Of a DNA stretch of 42,744 bases, positions 35,208 to 42,744 are shown in pieces; positions within the stretch are counted from its first letter, which is position 1; the number at the start of each line of letters is the position of its first letter. Location: positions 1 to 42,744 of the forward strand of contig JBNGIO010005894.1 in assembly GCA_049999805.1 (NCBI GenBank). Direction: 5' to 3'. A program made the position numbers and the translations under genes. Origin of the DNA: Folioceros fuciformis. Taxonomy: Eukaryota. The notes below the pieces were generated by a model. The model was not told where the DNA came from. It saw only the letters and a program-made list of their open reading frames with translations, and ran no database searches.

Positions 35208-36926
35208 CTAATCACTGTCTTCAGCAAAACGAAGGTGCTCCCCAAGAGGAGTCGGCAGGCCCTTCAACCTCGTGATACTTGGAGATAAGACGCGTACATC
35301 CGCTTCACTTGCAGATTTCACGATTTCTTCCTCCATCTCGCCATCGCTGGTATAGTGGAAGCGCTTGTGTGTGCCAGATGGTTTCGGTAGTCCCTTCAAA
35401 CCACGCTCACTCATGGAAATGTGGCTGATCCCCAAACAGAGCTCGTCGCAATCCACTTCATCGAAGTCATCGTATTCTTCCTCGCCATCATACTCATCTT
35501 CGCAATCTGCCCACTCATCTTCGTCACAGTCATCTTCGTTGTCGAATTCCTCGAAGTGGCCTTCCGTAGCGGGTTTTCTGTGAACCCAAACGTATGGCTC
35601 ATCCGACCCCTCTCTAAGCCCATCTTTTTCTTCCCTCAATCGGAACTTGACGAAACTCGGATTCCCAACCAAGGGGGTGCTCACCAGCTCAGGTTCCCCT
35701 GCTACGTTCTTTTCGACCTCAGGCGAGCTTGAACAGGCCTCAATCCTCTTCGCGAAGTCCAGTGATGTCTCACTATCTGTGGACTCCTCATCCAGGGGGT
35801 CATACGACATGTCGTCCATTCCGTCTGGAGAAGGCGGAGAGCGCACATTCACATCCACAGACCACCTGTCCTCTTCCCCGTCAGCTGAAGCATCTTTGAC
35901 AGTTGGAGTGCTTTGCACTGGATATCCTGTTTCAGTCAAAACCGGATCGTTACCGAGTGTGCAACTTTTCACAGGAGATTCAAACATAAGTGTGCGGGGA
36001 TTCTGGTCTGCTGAACCCGTGTCCAAATCGACCTGAAACCCAGCAAAAAAGGAAAGGGTTGAGAGCTATCGAAAAGTGTTGCAGCAAAGAAACGTCAAAA
36101 TCCGATAGAAATACAAAAGCAGCACGAAGCCATACCGCGTCCTGTGTCGCAGCCTCCAAAACAGGTGAAAGCACTTCCGCCGCCTGAACGTTGCCATCCT
36201 GAACTGCGGACTGGTGCTCCAGATAAGTCTTCGGCGAGCAGAGAGGCACTGTCAACAGTGTGCTTTCCAAAGTCTGCACGGTCGGCTCCGAGACAATGTC
36301 CAAAGCAACAACAGGATCTGTTCCCTCGTGTGCACAGGTTGGACCAACCACGAACGAGATTGGCACCTCAGGTTCATCCTGCCCGCTGTTTTGCCACACC
36401 ACATTAGCAGGAGTGTTCGCGGGAGTTGGAGCCGCCAGAAAACTGGGAGAGTCAGCAAACTTAGACAGCAGCGGTGGCACTGGTCGGGCAACTTTGAATT
36501 GCTCCCCTGCTCCCTGCTGAAGAATAGTGAGAGCGTGCGCACGGAGCACCTCATCTCCAGGAGTGCCCTGGCACGTCTCAGAAGAGGGAGCTCCCCGGGG
36601 GCAGGAGGGTGTCAAAACACCACCCGAAGTAGTATGCGCCAAGGGCGTCAGACCTGCAACGGGAGAGTCATTGGTCAAGTCCGCAAGAGCCCTGCGACCC
36701 GCCTTTTTTCTTGAAGTGGCCCCAACAGACTTCTTCACGCTTACAGGTGTGGCAGGCACACCCACGGCTGCAAAAGTACACGACACCATCAGAAACCATC
36801 AAACCGGACCTTCAAACGTAACACTACCTCAACATCAAACGCAAATACCAGATCCCTGCTGAGCTTACCGGCGCCGCCAGCTGCCCGTGCCTGGCTTCGC
36901 GTAACTCTCCTCGCAGAATTATCCAT
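35208..36926 (-). CDS. Conserved plant acidic/disordered protein with D-box (At5g66230/At3g51230-like); exons 36926-36869, 36767-36136, 36032-35208
   Basis: RRVTRSQ, RRALADLTNDSP, APTPANTP, RTLMFESP, WSVDVN, acidic tract, DELCLGIS, GTHKRFHYTSDGE and LKGLPTPLGEHLRF, recalled as family motifs; in-frame GT-AG junctions. Confidence 0.8.
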
Positions 36927-37380
36927 TCCCTCCTGCAGGAACAACAAGCACACCGTCCAGGACAGGTCAGCCCTTCCGGACCAGCAAGTCAGGAAGACCA
37001 CGAGAACAAAAACCAAAGAAGCACCTGCCCCAAAGCAAGCCGTCTGCCTCACAACGCACAAGCTGGAGCCTGCACCAAAACCTCTCCCGCATTAGAAACA
37101 GAAGCGGCCAACCGCACCTCCTGATGCGATCCTGAAGCTCAAATCGGGACATCACGCTTCCGCAGAAAGACGCACTTACAACAACAAAATGCAGAGCGCG
37201 CACGCGAACCACTGCGAGTGCACCGCTTCCGACCAGCTACCGGACTGTGAAAGAAGGAGGGAGCAGACACAAATGCCGAGGAACCAGAGCGCAATGAGCA
37301 GACTGGGGAAGAGCAGCGAGGAGAACTGTCGAAAGACTTTCGAAGTAGAAGATGTGTTATAGGTGGGAGCCTGGCCGCGA

Positions 37381-37615
37381 TGAACGGCACCAAGATTAAC
37401 CGCGTCCAAAAGACTCGAAACAGTGCTTGCGGAATGAGGGTAGCGCTAAGCTGGTTGCAGCCTGCGTTTGCTCCACAGGCTTAGAAGGCCAGTTTTACGC
37501 GCCTTTTAAAGCACGAAATGAAAGTAGCGCTTGGGCGGGTGCACTTTGGTTTGAATTTGGGCGGCGTAGCTACCGCAAGGGAGCCGTTGGTGCGAGTGTA
37601 CAGCTGGTTTGAATT
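37381..37615 (-). promoter_or_regulatory. Candidate G2/M promoter module (MSA AACGG and CHR-like TTTGAA) upstream of the D-box gene
   Basis: CCAACGGCTC (minus, 37581-37590), AACGG at 37383-37387, and TTTGAA at 37550-37555 and 37608-37613 within a repeated ggtttgaattt. Confidence 0.5.
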
Positions 37616-37972
37616 TAGGTTTGCTGTTTTCCAGTCATTTTAAACCCTATCTTACGAACATGCTAGATTGCGTCATTTACAGCGAGAGTAAAGCACAATG
37701 CGACTCGTTGCATAGATCCGCACGTTTAATTCGATTAATTTAGTTCATTTTAATAACAGTAAAGGTTTCATTACACACACAGATGGAGAACCCTTCTGTG
37801 TATTTTATGTACAAGGCTTGAATCGTTTGACGGATCAATTGTCCCACATGTTGTGAGGAAGCATGCTCTGTTGCGCATCCGCTGAGAGTTCCAACAGTTA
37901 TGATGTTTGGTACCTAGAACTGGAACTCTTAGACGAGTACAAACGTCTGCATGCCCTCACAAGAAAAGCTTG

Positions 37973-40858
37973 TCAATGCCGATCCCCGCATGAACAAGAG
38001 CCATTCACGAAACAGTGCACTCGGTGCGCATCTCTAACAATGATGTCTCGCTCCTCGAGACGTGACATGATCTTGGTACCACTGTGGCACTCGCTGCACA
38101 TACGAAGATTCTTTGTGATTAACAAAGTTGTGCCGTCCGGAGTGTTCAGGAGACCATAGGCCAAGGCAAGTTTCTCCGCATGTCCACACAAGGAGTATAT
38201 TCTATCCTCCTCGGACCAGCCCTTGAGAATGAACTCCGTGTTTTGCACATGGCTTCCTTGCTCCTTCAACCGTGAGTTCATGTTCTTCAGCTTTGGTAAG
38301 AGATCGTGCCTCTCCTCTCCTACTGTGAACTCGTGGACCTTGCTCTTCACTTCGATGCAAGCCTTTGCGGGCTTCTTCACAGCCCCCGCTGACTTTCGCA
38401 AGCTTTCTATCCTGTCAGCCTCGTCCCACCTGCCTGCGCATGCATAGATGTTTGCCAGGAGGACATAGTAGCTACCGTTTTGGGGATCCAGTATCATAAG
38501 GTGGTCGAAGCATCGTCTTCCTCGATCTACGTCACCGTGGCCTTTGCAGGCACTCAGAAGAGAAGTCCAACCCGCCACTGAATTCATGCATGGCTTGCTG
38601 CATAAGATGCCTTCTGCCTCGCCTACATGGCCTGCTCGAGCCAGGAGGTCGACTAAACAGTTATAATGATAGTCATTGGGTGCAATACCATGCTCATCCA
38701 TCATCGTCCTGAAGTACCGTTGGCCCTCGTCCACCAGGCCCGCATGACTGCATGCAACAATAAGGCAGATAAATGTAGTCTCGTCTGGTTGCATGCCTTG
38801 CCGACACATTACCTTGAAAGACTGCATAGCCAGCTCGGCCTCACCATGTTCTGCGTAGCCATTGAGCAAAGCATTCCACGTCACCACGTCTCTCGTGTGC
38901 ATACCATTGAAAACTTGTCGGGCTTCGTCCAAACTGGCACACTTGACGTACATGTCAACCAGGCTATTGCCAATGACTACATCAGCTTCCATTCCCCTTT
39001 CCCTTATTTCTCGATGAAGCTGCCTCCCCTGATGCAAAGCGCCAACGCTAGCACATGCTCCAAGCAGGGAAATGTATGTGACGCGATTGGCTGCAGACGT
39101 GCCTGTTACTTGCATGCTTTTATACAGAGCCAGAGCTTCTCCGCCCAGCTCCTGTCGCGTATAACCAGAGATCAGGGCATTCCATGTCACCGAATCTCTG
39201 GACGGCAAGCCATCAAAAACCCTCCGAGCATCTTCCATGCTTCCACATTTCGAGTACATATCCACCAAACAGTTTCCGACTGTCGGATCAGTTTCCAGAC
39301 CCTGTTCCTTTATCTGTGCATGAAGCTGCTTCCCCTGATGCAGATACTTGCCGTTAGCACATGCTTGGACAAGAGACACAAAGGTGGCAGAATCGGCAGC
39401 TGTTGCTGCCTCTTCTTGCATGCGTGCATAAAGAGCAAGGGCTTCTTTTCCAAGCCCATTCTGAGCATATCCTGCGATCATGGCATTCCATGTCACCACA
39501 TCCCTTCTGGACAACGTCTCAAATACTCTGTGAGCGTCAAGCAAGCTCCCACATTTCGAATACATGTCCACCAAGCAGTTGCCAATCGTCACATCAGTTT
39601 CCAGTCCCATCTGCTGAATTTGTGCATGCAGCTCCTTGCCTTGGTGCAGGGCTCTGACACTGGCGCATGCCTGCAGCAGACATACAAATGTGACATGATT
39701 GGGTGGAACTATGCCTTCCCCCCGCATACTTGGATACAGTTCCAGAGCTTCCATACCAAGGCCATGCTGTGCATACCCTGCAAGCATAGCAGTCCATGTC
39801 ACCACACTTTTCTTGGGCAAACTCTCAAACACTTCGCGAGCCTCCTCCAGGCTCCCACACTTCACGTACATGTTCACAAGGCTGCTAACCACGAATTTAT
39901 TGGTCTTCACACCACTTGCCAGGATATCAGCATAAACCTCCCTTCCTGCAACCAGATCCTCTGCCATTGCACAGGCCTTAAGAGCCGCCACGAACACATA
40001 GTTGTCTGGCTTCAAGCTCGAATCCCGCATTCTCCGATACAACTCGATAGCCTCTACAGGCTGTCCATGCTGTGCATGAGCCAAGACAATGGAAGCCCAC
40101 ATGTAGGCATTCGGGGCAGCAACACTCCTAAAAGCCTGCCTTGCTTCCTCCAGCTTGTTATGAGAGGCATAGAGCAAGATCAGGCGGTTTGCCAAGAACG
40201 GGCTCAACTCACGCCCATTTCTGACAGCAAAGGCATGAGCCCGCCTGCCAAAACTCAAGTCCTTCTGACCCATACATTTCTTCAGCACACAATGAACAAG
40301 AGTCTCTCTAACCTCCCATCCCCGTTCCACCAACAAGTCCAAAGCTTCAACAGCCGCCTCAACCTCCCCCTCCTCACAACATCTGCTCAATCTCTCCGCC
40401 TCCAAACCCCCTTCACTTCCTCCACTCCCAAAGCCAGCGTCCCACCGTGCTAACCTCGAAAGCACCCAGTCAGGCTTGTAACAATTGTGCAGCCACAAGC
40501 CCTGCTTGGACGTCTTGTGCCTGAAGTCCGGCTGCCCGGGACTGCTCTTCCCCATCCTGTTGTCCCACCACTGTCCCGGATCCAGGAAGAATTGCTGCCA
40601 CAAGCTCTCCAGCTCATCGCTCTGTTCGCCTCCTTCAAGTGCATAGGCCCCTCCAACAAAAGCTATCCCCGCATCACACAGTAATCTCCTGCAAGAGTGA
40701 GCCCAATGTCCTCCCCACAACCCACAGCTTTGCTTGGGTGACCTTGGCAGAGTACATGACCGTAAAGCGGATTGCGTGATCAACGCTTCCCCAGACTCCG
40801 AGAATGCGGAATTGCTGCATACGTGAAACCTCCTTGCGAGCTCCACCATCATGGCCAT
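37973..40858 (-). CDS. Intronless PLS-PPR-E1/E2-DYW:KP (KPAxA...DRH type) organellar RNA editing factor with an N-terminal OSB-like PDF motif
   Basis: 961-aa ORF: targeting-peptide-like N-terminus; WWDNR..K..P..PDFRHK..LWL motif; P-L-S triplets; E domains; KKPAKACIEV, HAEKLA, KNLRMCSECH and C-terminal CSCGDRH. Confidence 0.95.
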   Translation of the reverse strand: MAMMVELARRFHVCSNSAFSESGEALITQSALRSCTLPRSPKQSCGLWGGHWAHSCRRLLCDAGIAFVGGAYALEGGEQSDELESLWQQFFLDPGQWWDNRMGKSSPGQPDFRHKTSKQGLWLHNCYKPDWVLSRLARWDAGFGSGGSEGGLEAERLSRCCEEGEVEAAVEALDLLVERGWEVRETLVHCVLKKCMGQKDLSFGRRAHAFAVRNGRELSPFLANRLILLYASHNKLEEARQAFRSVAAPNAYMWASIVLAHAQHGQPVEAIELYRRMRDSSLKPDNYVFVAALKACAMAEDLVAGREVYADILASGVKTNKFVVSSLVNMYVKCGSLEEAREVFESLPKKSVVTWTAMLAGYAQHGLGMEALELYPSMRGEGIVPPNHVTFVCLLQACASVRALHQGKELHAQIQQMGLETDVTIGNCLVDMYSKCGSLLDAHRVFETLSRRDVVTWNAMIAGYAQNGLGKEALALYARMQEEAATAADSATFVSLVQACANGKYLHQGKQLHAQIKEQGLETDPTVGNCLVDMYSKCGSMEDARRVFDGLPSRDSVTWNALISGYTRQELGGEALALYKSMQVTGTSAANRVTYISLLGACASVGALHQGRQLHREIRERGMEADVVIGNSLVDMYVKCASLDEARQVFNGMHTRDVVTWNALLNGYAEHGEAELAMQSFKVMCRQGMQPDETTFICLIVACSHAGLVDEGQRYFRTMMDEHGIAPNDYHYNCLVDLLARAGHVGEAEGILCSKPCMNSVAGWTSLLSACKGHGDVDRGRRCFDHLMILDPQNGSYYVLLANIYACAGRWDEADRIESLRKSAGAVKKPAKACIEVKSKVHEFTVGEERHDLLPKLKNMNSRLKEQGSHVQNTEFILKGWSEEDRIYSLCGHAEKLALAYGLLNTPDGTTLLITKNLRMCSECHSGTKIMSRLEERDIIVRDAHRVHCFVNGSCSCGDRH

Positions 40859-41040
40859 CGCGTCCTAACCAAATTGCGGTCTTCCCGACCGACCCAGCCA
40901 TGCTTCGTGCATAGCCGGAGACAACCATTCCTTCGCTCCCGATAAATACTAAGCCTAGTTTGCAATCATGGGACAACACGCCAAAACTGAAACATGCCAA
41001 CGAATATCACGAGAGCTGTCTGTCACTGATGTCCCTGGGC

Positions 41041-41140
41041 NNNNNNNNNNNNNNNNNNNNNNNNNNNNNNNNNNNNNNNNNNNNNNNNNNNNNNNNNNNN
41101 NNNNNNNNNNNNNNNNNNNNNNNNNNNNNNNNNNNNNNNN
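41041..41140. other. Scaffold gap of 100 N (others at 33304-33403 and 33726-33825)
   Basis: Runs of exactly 100 N. Confidence 1.
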
Positions 41141-42744
41141 TCCCTGGGCAGGCCGGCTTTCGGATAGCCTGTTATCCCTCGTTACAGGAGGAGAAAAATT
41201 CTAGTGAAGTCGTCAAGGATTTCCAAAGTCGATTCTATGCTTAGATCTCCGAGCGAATGTTGCGTCCTCGTATCCCATATTTGTTCCAAGCATATTCTTA
41301 GAATGATAGGGTCAGAAAAAGATTGAAAACAATTATAGGGTGAATTTCAACCTGTCCAAACAAAAGGTGATGAAAGTGTTTTGAATAGCCTCATTAGATG
41401 GGACATCCGTAGAGAACTTTAGTTGGAAATAAATTGATAATATATGTTGGATATAGTCATAGCTGGGACATATAAACATAAAGTGCTGTGTTTTCACACC
41501 CTTGCTGCATAACTTGAAAATTCAAAATACTTTTGATCTCAATCTAAGAAAAATATGTGTAAGAGTGAAATTTTGGAGCACCGGTTCAGTTTGGTTAGAA
41601 AAGAGTTACATGTGGCTTACTTAATAGGGTTTTTTTCTATTTTTAATCATATTTTCAGCCCATTTTTCTTTTTTTCCTTTTTACCATTAGGTTAATGGAC
41701 CAAGAAATAGCTTATGTGATTACTAAAGTGGTTATAGGTTTGGTACCAGGCTTAAGGAAACTTGGCCTTGTACCAGATCATAGGTTTGGCTTAGTCTTAG
41801 GTCCGGGTATGGGTTTGGTAATAATTAATATAATTATTTTATTAGTTTAGATAACTAATTAAATAATATTTTGAATAAGGTGGTTGCCTCATATACAGAA
41901 TCTATGCATGTGAGATCATTTCTTGCCCCCAACAAATAGGCCAGTTGTATCAGCTGCGGGGGCACAACAGTGAGAACAACAGCGACCTAGGTTGAGGAGC
42001 AAGAACTCGGGCCATGGTGACCAGCAATAGAACACCCCCAAAACACAAAACTTTGGAGATGATGGCCATGATGGTATGCTTGGTGGGTGACCCTAGTAGG
42101 ATGCAAAACCAACACTGGGGGTACACTAAAGGTTGTCTAAGCAAGGTCATGGGATCTAGGATTTTGTGATAGAAAATTGCAATAGGCATAGATGAGCGCA
42201 AGGCACTAGTTGTCATGCTGGGGTTTGATGGCTGAGAACAGGGCTAGATTCTTCAACCTGGATATTCAATGATCGCAAGGAAGGAGCGCCTAGCCAAGAG
42301 GATAAGACCTAGCTAGACCAGAGTTGGATCTTGGTCACCGGAGCTGAATGCGAAGTTGTGTAGAGTTGGAAGCGAGAGCTAGTTGGTGGCAAAGTGTCGA
42401 AACAAGATGGCCAATCGTGGGCACACCATATGCATCTGGAGCACGCTATTGCCTAGGGGTGCAACAACTTGTAAGAGGGGCGCATGCTTGCCCATCCTTT
42501 TTTATTTTCTCGACAATTCCTCTCTCATTTCCCCCTTCTCCCCTCCATCTCCAATTTACGCTTTCTTTCCTCCTTGCTCCCGTTTTGCCTGCTCCTAAAT
42601 CCTCCTCACCCTACCCCTGACCCTTCTAGTCCCAATCTAGTCATCCCTTACTTGACCTCACGCGGGCTTGCTCCCTCACCTCCACCCCTTACCACATTCC
42701 CCATCCACCCCCACGCACGTTGATCCCTCTCCATTCCCCTGTCT

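Noticed and set aside
38666-40453. 595-aa plus-strand ORF
   Set aside because: Antisense shadow of the PPR gene with no recognisable motif.
41200-42744. Genes in the terminal AT-rich and pyrimidine-rich block
   Set aside because: Short ORFs without motifs; probably repeat-derived, but I could not classify them.

Overview
Gene-dense, GC-rich land-plant nuclear DNA with short (~80-180 nt) spliceosomal introns and three 100-N scaffold gaps. The style, and a KPAxA/DRH-type PPR-DYW gene, suggest a hornwort such as Anthoceros (inference). Recognisable genes: YCF37-like thylakoid protein; two tandem paralogues of a small Zn-binding Yippee-like (At2g17705-like) protein; GT31 beta-1,3-galactosyltransferase; FatB-like acyl-ACP thioesterase; an intron-rich UvrD/PcrA-type helicase; purine permease; an intronless secreted bacterial-type GH105 hydrolase; FabZ; a D-box protein with MSA/CHR promoter elements; and a large PLS-PPR-E-DYW:KP protein. 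A degenerate PIF/Harbinger transposon and several minisatellites lie in the AT-richer blocks. Most notable: (1) the DYW:KP (candidate U-to-C RNA editing) protein carries an N-terminal OSB-type 'PDF' single-strand-binding motif; (2) two microprotein genes 10 kb apart share a C-terminal motif under apparent purifying selection that ends in PTS1-like PRL/PRM; (3) the GH105 gene is a horizontal-transfer candidate. All family assignments come from motif recall, not database searches.
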